From IMG/VR virus record IMGVR_UViG_3300017774_004344, positions 27,650-91,649 of that record: DNA of 64,000 bases; one strand, 5' to 3'. The notes beneath the pieces were generated by a model. The model saw nothing but the letters and a program-made list of their open reading frames with translations, was not told the origin of the DNA and made no database searches. Position 1 is the stretch's first letter, and each line of letters starts with the position of its first letter. Positions 54,650-63,828 of this stretch are shown piece after piece. The translations under genes were made by a program, and so were the position numbers. The DNA comes from a virus.

Positions 54650-57487
54650 CTATGCGAAGTCGAAACATCCTTCTTCTGCGGCTGAAAGGTCGGCGGCGAA
54701 AAACGAGTACCCCACCTTGAAATGATTTGAGTCTACTGTAGATGACGCTTTTCCGTCCCTGCAGAGTGGTGCGCACTTGTAAATACTTGCATCCCACACA
54801 GGGGGTGGCAAAGGTTCTAAGGAACCATCTCCTAGGTCGTTAACGAGAAAACCACTCAAGCTTGAGCAAGAATTAGAGCGAAGATAAATCCCCTCCCAGT
54901 CTCCGTATCTGGCCCCTGTTGATGAGGTATTCGCTTGACGGTTACGTAAAGGGTTATAATTCACTAGCTCTGCTTCGTCAAAGTCATCGTAAGGTCTATC
55001 GAAACCAGGGACTATGTCTGAATTATTATAATCTCCAGAATTTCCAAAGTCGTACATGACGTCGGAGTACAAGTAAGGCTCAGAATACAAGTAGGAAGGC
55101 GAGTCTGCCCTCCCCTCGTAAAGGACAACTTGTTCGTAGATCCTAGGTTCTGCCCGTTCAGAGGGACAAGCCATTTTCTCGGGACTTATAGAAGAACCCC
55201 AGTAACCGAAGTCCTGGCATATAAGGTTAACTTTTTGCCATTCTTTTCCATTTCTCCCATAAGCGGGAGGAAGACGCACGAAGTATCTCTCCCAGTTTAT
55301 GTCCCCAGGACCTTGGTTCACATCCGCTCTCAACGGGTTGGGGTTCCTTAGGAGTTCAAGCTCACTGATTGTATCTACAGCCTGAAGAGGTTCGCTTTTC
55401 CAGAGTCTAAGTAAAGTTTCACTGTCTACGACATTCGGCGACATATAGTAGGTTAAACCGCTGAACACCAGGTTAGAGATATCGAACTTAAACGCAGAAG
55501 TTAGTGAGTCCGATACGGTTATTTTCGGTGGATCCACGCAGCCGTCGTAGTTCAAGGGCATATACAGGAAATTGAAAGTCCCTGTACCAGGGTCTACTTC
55601 AAAACTAAACTGAAAATTCGGTAGTCTAAGGGATTCCCCTTCTAAAAGAAGTTCACCGTTACAGTAAACCAGTATTGCTCCAAAGTCCACGACCTCTGGA
55701 ACCGACGAAGAAGAGGTCTCATCATTCACCCCGACCCAGTCCCCTGCTAATGTCCATTCGCTTGTTAATAGGTCTTGTTCCCAGCGGTTGTAGTAAAAAA
55801 CTCGTGCAAGTCTTGTTTTTGGATCCGGGTTTGAAAAGTCCCAGTTCATCTCCCCGTCGACCGGTCTTTCGTAGTCTTGAGAACTTTCGAATAGTCTCGT
55901 ATTTCCGATATATTTGAGGTCTGAAGGGGGAGATATGTACCAAGATCCCTCGGAAGTACCCTTCATAAGGAGAAGAGGGTAGGACTCAGACACAGCAAGG
56001 CTTAGGTTGGAAACAGAATAATTAACACCTATGGGGGATAGACCCGTGGAATCTAAGAGTTTCACAGGCGTTCTAGAAGGCAAGAGCTCAGCGTTCACTG
56101 AAAAGTCACTTTCTAAGTTGAATGTTATGAAATAAGGTGTCCAATATTCGGAACCCTCTTTTCTGAACATCTCTATCTGTCCTGGACCAAGTAAAGTCTG
56201 CGTTAAACCCTCAATTCCCAAGGAAGGGTCCAAACCTGACAAGTCTAAAATTGTAACAAGACACCCTTCTGGTATATCTCCGGTATAGGTTAAAAAGCTT
56301 GAAACATCCAGAAAAACGAAGTCAGGAAAGGGTCCAAATTCAGGGAACTCTGGGTAGTTCACTTCAGCCCACGGACCGCAATTTAATGGATCCCCTAGAA
56401 AGACCGAAAAACTTCCGGATTGGCTGTTCCACCATACTTTGCCGTACCCTAAATCTGGCTCTCCGGGTGATACTGGAACCGTCTGATAGTATACGAAGTT
56501 AAGGAGCTCATCAAACTTTATTGATCTTTCAACGTTGCCCAACCAAAGAGAAACTCTTTCGTTGAATCCGTGTATGCTAAGAGCGTCGAAGACGAAGTGA
56601 AAAGGCAACTTACCACCCTTGTTCGACCAAACCCCTCGGAAGTTATTTATTTTATCATAATTTCCCCAATCTGAGGGGTTCGTCCAAGGAGACACCCTAA
56701 CCAATAAAGTTGAACCTTCATAGGAAAGAGCACCCTCCAAACCTAACTCATCTGTTGTCAAGTTAAGGGGGATGTCAAGGTACCATAGTTCTCTGGAAAA
56801 GTCGTATGCAGGCGAAAGCGATACCGTATCACTGCTGAAAGTTACAGGCAGGTTAAAGTAGTATCTACCTCCGGCAACGAAAGTGTTAAACTTGTAAGGT
56901 AGTGTTCTTTCGGTGTTATAGTCGGGGAACAGAACGAGATTGGAGCCTTGACTATCGCAAATAAAAGAGGCGTTAGCGGATACTCCTGGATCTGGACGGT
57001 AGAACGGGCTTGGAAGAGACTTTGGGGAGATCACTCTAAGCTGTTCATTTCCTGAAAGATCGGTGTAAAATTGCTCAGATAAAGTTCCGAAGTCTAAGCT
57101 GTAATTTCCCCCAGCTTGGCTCATTCCCAACAGGATGTATGAGTAATCTCCTAAGTAGAAAGTTTGACCAACCTGAATTCTCGTGTCTGCTTTCACAATT
57201 ACTTTGTTTTCCCAGTTTCGGACCTCAACTATCTCAGGGTACAGATACCCGTCATACACACCAAAAGTGCCGGTTTGTAGACTTCTCTTCTGAGAAACAG
57301 ACGAAACAAGATTGTTCCAGTAGTTAGGACCGCTCCACCCGAGCAATTGTGCCAGCCAATCAAGTTGCTCATTTACTCTACTCTCTGTTAGGGCTACTGA
57401 GTTTAATTGGTCGGCGGTCAGGAAAATTTTTGTGTTTCCGTAATTTTCAAACTCTTTTACGTTGAATGAGGGCTTAATCTCTGTCAT
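54650..57487 (-). CDS. Baseplate wedge / structural protein (945 aa)
   Basis: LDWLAQLLGW resembles the P2 gpI-like motif; two genes downstream of baseplate J. Confidence 0.55.
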   Translation of the reverse strand: MTEIKPSFNVKEFENYGNTKIFLTADQLNSVALTESRVNEQLDWLAQLLGWSGPNYWNNLVSSVSQKRSLQTGTFGVYDGYLYPEIVEVRNWENKVIVKADTRIQVGQTFYLGDYSYILLGMSQAGGNYSLDFGTLSEQFYTDLSGNEQLRVISPKSLPSPFYRPDPGVSANASFICDSQGSNLVLFPDYNTERTLPYKFNTFVAGGRYYFNLPVTFSSDTVSLSPAYDFSRELWYLDIPLNLTTDELGLEGALSYEGSTLLVRVSPWTNPSDWGNYDKINNFRGVWSNKGGKLPFHFVFDALSIHGFNERVSLWLGNVERSIKFDELLNFVYYQTVPVSPGEPDLGYGKVWWNSQSGSFSVFLGDPLNCGPWAEVNYPEFPEFGPFPDFVFLDVSSFLTYTGDIPEGCLVTILDLSGLDPSLGIEGLTQTLLGPGQIEMFRKEGSEYWTPYFITFNLESDFSVNAELLPSRTPVKLLDSTGLSPIGVNYSVSNLSLAVSESYPLLLMKGTSEGSWYISPPSDLKYIGNTRLFESSQDYERPVDGEMNWDFSNPDPKTRLARVFYYNRWEQDLLTSEWTLAGDWVGVNDETSSSSVPEVVDFGAILVYCNGELLLEGESLRLPNFQFSFEVDPGTGTFNFLYMPLNYDGCVDPPKITVSDSLTSAFKFDISNLVFSGLTYYMSPNVVDSETLLRLWKSEPLQAVDTISELELLRNPNPLRADVNQGPGDINWERYFVRLPPAYGRNGKEWQKVNLICQDFGYWGSSISPEKMACPSERAEPRIYEQVVLYEGRADSPSYLYSEPYLYSDVMYDFGNSGDYNNSDIVPGFDRPYDDFDEAELVNYNPLRNRQANTSSTGARYGDWEGIYLRSNSCSSLSGFLVNDLGDGSLEPLPPPVWDASIYKCAPLCRDGKASSTVDSNHFKVGYSFFAADLSAAEEGCFDFA

Positions 57488-57488
57488 T

Positions 57489-58763
57489 TCATTTCTCCAC
57501 TGTAATCAACTTCTCTTCCAAAGAGAGGTATTCTTGTATCATGCACTCGGTGGGTCTCATCCAAAGGGTAGGATACTCTTTAACTTGTGAAAATAAGTTG
57601 ATCAAATTTTCGTCAAATTCTTTAGTCAACCAGTCTGCTATAGGTTGATAGTCTGTGTGAACTATTTCTCTAAGGTCAGTTATCTTCTCAACTTCATATG
57701 CTCCATTTATGTCCACGTAAGCGAGATTACATAACGTGGTCGGAACTTCAATTCCTATGGCATTCTTCACAGTCTTAGGGATGCTATTTTCGGGGTAGGC
57801 GATTAAGCGGAAAAAACTTGTCGCCGTTGCAGGTTTCCTTAGCAGAGAGAGGACGCCGCTTACAAGTACTCTATTTATTGTAACTTTGATGTCGGACCAC
57901 ACGACTTTCCAACCATAGCGGTATGAAGGCTGGGGGAAAGAAAACTTAAAGTATTGCCCGTCGGTGTCAGACTCAACATTCGTAGTTCCTTGTAGAATCC
58001 ATTCGGGGCTAGAACAGTAAGTCTCCCCTTCCACGGGATTTGGACAAGTCATATAGTACAGGGAAGCTGTCCCTGTTACAGAAGAATTCGCAGGGCATCT
58101 TAAGGTGAGGTCGGAATAAGCGGCAGGGTAAGGACTCTGCCAAGAGAGAAAAGCTTCACTGGAGTGAGAAGGGAAGAGACCGTCGTAATTTCTCCAAGTT
58201 TGAGACTCAAGATCCGTGAATGCGAAGACAGGGGTGTACCTCCAACCTTCTACCACATCTGTACTGCTATCCACACTCAATTCATATCCCGAAAGGGAAA
58301 AGTTTTCAACTGAGTATTCAGAGACGAAGGGAGAATCGTCATAGTAAAGTTGATAAGCCAAAAGGTACTTCGTACTTACCATTTCCATCTCCTCTAAAGA
58401 GATGATAACTGGGTCTGCTGTTAAATTTCCGTACTTCCAGACAATTTCACCGGACTGAATGGTTAGGAATTTATTATCACCTGAAGATTGAACCTGGAGG
58501 GAGCCTTTTCCTAAGGTGCTGCTTCCCACGGGAACGTAAGCGTAAGCGAAGTCACCGTCAAGACCAAAGTCTAATTTATAAACTTGTGAGGCAGACGGCA
58601 ACTGTCCATAAATAGGTCTGCCACCTGGAACCCACTCAGTGGGCCGGGGGTTTAATCTTAGGGTGTCAACATACTGTTGTGAGAGGTTTACACCCTGTTG
58701 AAAAGTAGAAGAGGTCTCAATTCGGTTCCTTCCGCCGTTTAAGGCGACTAAGTTTTGACTCAT
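57489..58763 (-). CDS. Baseplate-associated structural protein
   Basis: ATGA-coupled to baseplate J. Confidence 0.55.
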   Translation of the reverse strand: MSQNLVALNGGRNRIETSSTFQQGVNLSQQYVDTLRLNPRPTEWVPGGRPIYGQLPSASQVYKLDFGLDGDFAYAYVPVGSSTLGKGSLQVQSSGDNKFLTIQSGEIVWKYGNLTADPVIISLEEMEMVSTKYLLAYQLYYDDSPFVSEYSVENFSLSGYELSVDSSTDVVEGWRYTPVFAFTDLESQTWRNYDGLFPSHSSEAFLSWQSPYPAAYSDLTLRCPANSSVTGTASLYYMTCPNPVEGETYCSSPEWILQGTTNVESDTDGQYFKFSFPQPSYRYGWKVVWSDIKVTINRVLVSGVLSLLRKPATATSFFRLIAYPENSIPKTVKNAIGIEVPTTLCNLAYVDINGAYEVEKITDLREIVHTDYQPIADWLTKEFDENLINLFSQVKEYPTLWMRPTECMIQEYLSLEEKLITVEK

Positions 58764-61582
58764 AGGGCCAACGTTCCTTCACCGTAGTTGGGTGGTCTGT
58801 ATTCAAAAGTGGTTCCCGTATACCAAGAAAGATCGGGTACTTCGCTTAAGGTTGAGGCATTCTCCCAGACGTAGACTAAGTTCGGTGAGGAACTGAAGTT
58901 CCTGCCAGTGTTTCTGGGTATGATGGTTATCTGACAAGATCCTAGTTTAATTGAAGAAGTCTCCAATCCGTACTGGGAAAGAACAGGTTCTTCGCACCGG
59001 TAGGAGACTACAAAACGTAGTAAATTGCCCGCGAATTCTTCGTACCTAGACGTGTTGTTTGTCACCATTCCAGTCCAGTTTGTCACCGTTGTAGAAGGTG
59101 TGAAAGCTTTCATGACTCTGTAGTAATTTCTTCCGTCCTCGCTTAAAATTGTGTCTTCAGTGGTGTTAAGGTAAACGGGATTAAAAAACGGGATATAGCC
59201 ATTAGCTAAAGGTAGAGCTTGCCCTAAAGATTCGGACTCAACGAAAATTCCATTGTTCAAATAAATGTTAAAGTCAAATAAGGGTGTAACTGCAGAAGTT
59301 GCAGTGTAAGACTGTACATTTGAGCCTTCCCGGAAAAAAGTGCGGTCCCCAAGGAAAAAAGTGAACATCCGATCGAAATTTTTCAGAGAAGAGCTCGCCA
59401 AATCGGAGTTCAGTTGCGCTTGAAGAGCAGGGGTTGGCGCTAAATTGTAGACTGAGCCATTCCCTAGTAAGTCCTGTATGTTCGTACTATCTGGAGTAAA
59501 ACACGAGGAAGAGATGTAGTAAGTGGGTTGAGAGGATACTGATTCTTTGTATAGCAAGTACTGACCCGCCGTGAATCGGGCTTTATATTTGTAGATGGGT
59601 AAACCTCCATCTCCTTGAAACATCGAAACTTCGGACAACACACCCTGATTAACTAAGAGGTTGAAGTACTCGCTAACGGTTAATTTGTTAGGGTTATATG
59701 TGAAATTAGCCTCAACGTAAGCGTATTTTACTATAGCGCCTTTGGTCAGGTCCACATAGTTGTAGTACGGATCGGCAACTTGTGAGGGACCGCTGCCTAC
59801 CTGGGGGGTGCAAACCCATGTGCCAGAAGTATAGGACGAATTAGGCTCTAGTTGTTGGGGGGTAATAGAGGGTCCAATTAAAAACTCGGTTTGGGCCCCA
59901 GTTATATCATTCGTTGAAGGGTTAAGAGTGAAATTCTTGGAAACCAACCAGGCGAATCCCCCTGGGCGACTACCCAAAGGGACAGAAGAAGGAGTCTGAG
60001 GAACGAATTCTCCAGGAGAATAGTTGTACTCCACCACCTCAGGATCTATGGTCCCTCCCGAGGAATAAATGTAAGTGTTACCCACAACCCAGGGTGAAAG
60101 AGTTTTCACTCCAGAAACTTTTCCGTTTACTATGAGAGACAAGACGTCAGAAGAAGAGGCAATGTTAAGGTTTTCTAAGACAACATGGAGTCCTTGCTCA
60201 GCAGGGTCCCCAGAGCCGTCGTAATACACGATGTCTCCAAGGAGGTAAGATCCCGACGTCAAGGGTTTTATCTGCTTTAAGGAAAGATTACCATAAACAG
60301 TCTGATCGTATTTATTGGAAGAATAAGGTGTGAAATCAGCCTCTACTGGGTAAAAAGTTGGGTTGGGGGTGTTTACAACAATAAGGTCGTTCTGCTTTAA
60401 GATACTACTTGATGGTGTGAAATCGTAAACGTTCGTGTAAACCGCTGCTTCCTTACTCAGGGAGTTCGGAGTATTGTATGCCAAAGACGCGATTATTGAC
60501 GGATCTCTAAATCGATTACTCGTGTCAAAAGTAGAATAAAAAGCGGCGTCAATGTCACTTACTGTAGGTGTAACGTCGGCTGGAAAAGTTTGCCCCGGAG
60601 CCAATACTGAGAAGAGTCTGTCGCGAAAATTCAGGGAACTGTCTTTGAAATTTGAACCGAACGACCCGTTTGAGTTAATTTCGACAGTCAAATTGTATTG
60701 AACTTGACTCAGAGTAATAGGGAATAAATGACCTTGGTTTTCAACAGGTACGGAAAAGTTCACCGCATTTTGACCCAAGGACAATTGTTGCGTGGTTAGT
60801 TCTTGACCGTTGGGTCCCAACACAAAGAAAGAGACTTGCCCATTAGGGAGAGTGTAATCTTGGGTGTAGTTGTATCCGTAAAAACTCGAACGATTCGGTT
60901 GAACCGAAGTTAAAGTTCCGATCCCGTACAAATCAATGAAAAAGTCTTGCCAATCGGACTCACTGACAGGGTTTCTTCTACGGATAAGGGTGAAAAATCT
61001 TTCCTGAACTTCTTGGAAAGTTTCTACGTCGCTACCCCCGACAGACGGCTGAGGGTTGGTTGCCGAAAGATTTAGAGTACCTGTATTGGCAATCCCGGTG
61101 ATTGAATTTGCGGGAACATTATAGGTGCTTCCAACAAACTTAGAATACACAGGCACCCGTCCCGTTGTTCCCCCTGAAGGTATGACTAGGTCTAAGTTCG
61201 ATATAAATTCGTAACTCTCTCCGGAAGTGAGTTGGGGGTTGGTGGAAAAAATAGTTCCTGAGGGAATTACTGTAGAACTTCCTGTGGGAGGAATTGTTAC
61301 AACTAGCTCTGTTGCGGAAGTTGTTCCCAATCTTCTCATGGCTCCTAAAAAGGGGCCGATCCACTCAATCAGTATCTTGTCAGGCAGCTGATTCGCCCAG
61401 TACAAGAATTCCCCCTGTGCAAAAGCCTGCCCCTCCAGAAGAACTGCTAAGGGGTTACCAGCACTGAAATCATTTAGAGTTTTATTCGAAGCTTCGTAGA
61501 CAGTCTGAGCAGCCGCTTGAACCAAATCGGCTTCATTACGAGGGTCTAGGGAAACAGACGGCAATGGTGAATAACGTGGCAT
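58760..61582 (-). CDS. Baseplate J-like wedge protein
   Basis: DFS...P..VLLE, IP.GT, G..YNVPANSIT, TN.....GGSDVET. Confidence 0.85.
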   Translation of the reverse strand: MPRYSPLPSVSLDPRNEADLVQAAAQTVYEASNKTLNDFSAGNPLAVLLEGQAFAQGEFLYWANQLPDKILIEWIGPFLGAMRRLGTTSATELVVTIPPTGSSTVIPSGTIFSTNPQLTSGESYEFISNLDLVIPSGGTTGRVPVYSKFVGSTYNVPANSITGIANTGTLNLSATNPQPSVGGSDVETFQEVQERFFTLIRRRNPVSESDWQDFFIDLYGIGTLTSVQPNRSSFYGYNYTQDYTLPNGQVSFFVLGPNGQELTTQQLSLGQNAVNFSVPVENQGHLFPITLSQVQYNLTVEINSNGSFGSNFKDSSLNFRDRLFSVLAPGQTFPADVTPTVSDIDAAFYSTFDTSNRFRDPSIIASLAYNTPNSLSKEAAVYTNVYDFTPSSSILKQNDLIVVNTPNPTFYPVEADFTPYSSNKYDQTVYGNLSLKQIKPLTSGSYLLGDIVYYDGSGDPAEQGLHVVLENLNIASSSDVLSLIVNGKVSGVKTLSPWVVGNTYIYSSGGTIDPEVVEYNYSPGEFVPQTPSSVPLGSRPGGFAWLVSKNFTLNPSTNDITGAQTEFLIGPSITPQQLEPNSSYTSGTWVCTPQVGSGPSQVADPYYNYVDLTKGAIVKYAYVEANFTYNPNKLTVSEYFNLLVNQGVLSEVSMFQGDGGLPIYKYKARFTAGQYLLYKESVSSQPTYYISSSCFTPDSTNIQDLLGNGSVYNLAPTPALQAQLNSDLASSSLKNFDRMFTFFLGDRTFFREGSNVQSYTATSAVTPLFDFNIYLNNGIFVESESLGQALPLANGYIPFFNPVYLNTTEDTILSEDGRNYYRVMKAFTPSTTVTNWTGMVTNNTSRYEEFAGNLLRFVVSYRCEEPVLSQYGLETSSIKLGSCQITIIPRNTGRNFSSSPNLVYVWENASTLSEVPDLSWYTGTTFEYRPPNYGEGTLAL

Positions 61583-61594
61583 TTGGATCTCCGA

Positions 61595-62071
61595 TTAGTA
61601 CACACCATTGTCTACTGAGCCAGTGCTGGAATTTTCAACAAGAATTTTTTTCGTAATTAGATCTGAATCGGACAACGCTGCGAATTTTTGTGTTACCGAT
61701 GCCGGGTTTATCCCGTTGGCATTTTCATACTTTAAGTTTGTAAGGAAACTTCGAGGAGCGCTATTGTAATTTTGAGTGAGAGTGGGGTTTTCTGTTGGGT
61801 TGAACCCGAAAGTCCAAGAGCCCGTTACAACTTTCCCACCTGAGATGGGTTGCCCTGTTAAAAATTCACCAGAGCTTGACAAACCGGGTTGAGCCGTGTT
61901 TAAGGTGAGGTACCGACTATCGAGTCCGTCGGGTCCTACGGTTACAAGAGAACTAAGACCAAGAGGGTTGTAATGCCAGTCAAGATCTTGTCCGTCGAAG
62001 ACTACATTTCTAGCACCATTTAACCATTCACTTGTTACTATGACGCCACTTGAAAACAGGGTTTTGGCCAT
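61595..62071 (-). CDS. Structural protein
   Basis: KT.F.SG.IVT.EWLN N-terminus typical of fibre/baseplate proteins; GGGTAAAA upstream. Confidence 0.6.
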   Translation of the reverse strand: MAKTLFSSGVIVTSEWLNGARNVVFDGQDLDWHYNPLGLSSLVTVGPDGLDSRYLTLNTAQPGLSSSGEFLTGQPISGGKVVTGSWTFGFNPTENPTLTQNYNSAPRSFLTNLKYENANGINPASVTQKFAALSDSDLITKKILVENSSTGSVDNGVY

Positions 62072-62119
62072 CTATGCAAAAGATCTATACTTACAAAGGT
62101 TTTACCCTCTTATAGAAAC

Positions 62120-62145
62120 AAAAAAAGCCCCGGTTAGGGGGCTTT
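62120..62145 (-). terminator. Intrinsic terminator after capsid and tail tube genes
   Basis: aaagcccc-ctaacc-ggggc followed by ttttttt. Confidence 0.8.
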
Positions 62146-62156
62146 AAACTTGTGAC

Positions 62157-62600
62157 TCAGGTTCTATCCCAAGTGTTCACGGTCAATTGAACCTCAATCT
62201 CTTGAACATTGCCGCTTTCACGGTCAACGTCAGCAGTATTGATAGACATGAATTGACATCCGTAACAGGTGTATTGGCCGCCAGCCGTAGCTGAGCCGTA
62301 TCCAACACAGTCCTTCGGAGTGATAGTAACTGTGATTTCTCTGCAATTGTACTGCAACCAGTAAATTTCTAACTGCTTAAAGATCATGGGATCGTATGGA
62401 GCGGTTAGAGTGATGTTGTCTACCTTTTTGGGGCCTACAACGTGGTAGATACGGTTACCGGTACCATTGGCATAATCACTACTATCGGAGGAATCTTTGA
62501 TTCCGCTGAATTTTGTAAACGTGGCGATTAGGGCGGGGCCATCAGGAGCTACGAAGGAGACTTCGTACTGGGCCTTTGTAATCGGTCTGAGAATTGCCAT
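62157..62600 (-). CDS. Tail tube protein (gp19-like)
   Basis: 147 aa; FTKFSG...G.....NITL...YD...ITV...Y..YGC...D.D..SG...EIE..L.V. Confidence 0.75.
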   Translation of the reverse strand: MAILRPITKAQYEVSFVAPDGPALIATFTKFSGIKDSSDSSDYANGTGNRIYHVVGPKKVDNITLTAPYDPMIFKQLEIYWLQYNCREITVTITPKDCVGYGSATAGGQYTCYGCQFMSINTADVDRESGNVQEIEVQLTVNTWDRT

Positions 62601-62626
62601 TAGGTCACCTCTTTATTCCTTCCCGA

Positions 62627-63522
62627 TCAGGACAGGATGTCGGTGATCATAGCGCCAGAACCGATAAGTCCAGTTGCACCGAGGCCAACCAGGTTAACCA
62701 CACGTTCGATTGTGATTTCAGCACGCACGACACGTTTTTCGCGAATGTAGTACTCGGGACGGACGGCTGGGGTACCTGTCAACTGATAAGTATAACTGAA
62801 GGCCGGAGTCGCAGCATTAGCACCACCCGAAGGCATGATCGAATCAGAAGGACCGTTGGGGCTGTAGAACAGAAGGATACCGTTGGCTGGGAATACCGGC
62901 TGTAGGGCTCCGTTTGAGGCCAAATAACGACCTTCGGCTACGCGCAGGCCACGCTCAAGACCGAAGTAGCGAGCGATGACGTCGGTGTCGATGCTGTCGG
63001 CGGAGGTATACTTGATACGATCAAGGATGGCCGCGTTGGTCAGCAATAGGTCGAAAACAGCGGTTCCAAGAACAGCGGAGTTCGGACGGATGCCGATCTG
63101 GTTGGCAACAGCACGCTTCATAGTCAGGATGTCCTCAATGGGGTTAGAGGTTGCACCAGACCATGCGGCAGGGCCAGTGGTTGTGCCATAAGCGGTGTTG
63201 AAGGTAGTCCAGGTTGTAAAACCAAGACCAGTTTGTGAGCCAGGAGTCCCATTGTAGGGCTCGTATGGGTTGTAGGAACCAGTAACGGTAACAGCCTGAG
63301 AAACTGTGTACTCATATGAGTTCATCAGTCTGGACATTGCGTTACGGGTTTCGATAGCGCGGAGATCCACTTGCGCGGGACCCTCCCCAGCGTTTTCGAT
63401 CACTTCTTCCGGCAATTCCCAAGCCACAACTTCTTGTTCAAGGGCGTAGGGCTCAGAGTCGTAACGGCTTTGGACGGAGGGAATGCTAGTCCCGTAAGCA
63501 CGACGGAAGTCGTTAATAGCAA
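62627..63522 (-). CDS. Major capsid protein, last exon
   Basis: Frame extends upstream of the ORF-track start to (F)AINDFRRAYG; W....SNPI.DI, IG.RPN, P.F.YTY motifs of GpE-like capsid proteins; host-like high-expression codon usage. Confidence 0.85.
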
Positions 63523-63761
63523 CATTATGTTATCGTAGAGACTCTTTATTCCCTACCTCTGCATGTTTCCATGCAGTTCAGACTATATCATCGTTTTGTA
63601 AACAAAACGTCGGGCGCTCGTGGATTGTTCACCTGTTCTAGGCTACTTAATCTAGTCGTTGAACCTTGCTTTTATCCCTAAAAGCCTTGGCTGCTGATTT
63701 CCCTCGTCTTTACGTTAGGGGTTCCCAGCAATTCACCCAATTTTACAACAGCAAGCTATTT
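63523..63761 (-). ncRNA. Group I intron (IA-type, ORF-less, 239 nt) in the major capsid gene
   Basis: P AAUUGCUGGGAA, Q AAUCAGCAG, R GUUCAACGACUA, S GAUAUAGUCU; P1 AACAGU/GCUGUU with U.G at the 5' splice site; terminal G; splicing restores the frame. Confidence 0.92.
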
Positions 63762-63828
63762 ACTGTTCCTTACCAAATCTGAGAATTCTCCCAGCTCTGG
63801 TAGGGGTGTCCACAACAGGTGCGATAAA
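63762..63828 (-). CDS. Major capsid protein, 67-nt micro-exon (FIAPVVDTPTRAGRILRFGKEQ + U)
   Basis: Bounded by the omega-G of one intron and the U 5' splice site of the next; P.V.....G.I..FGKE.F capsid motif. Confidence 0.85.
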
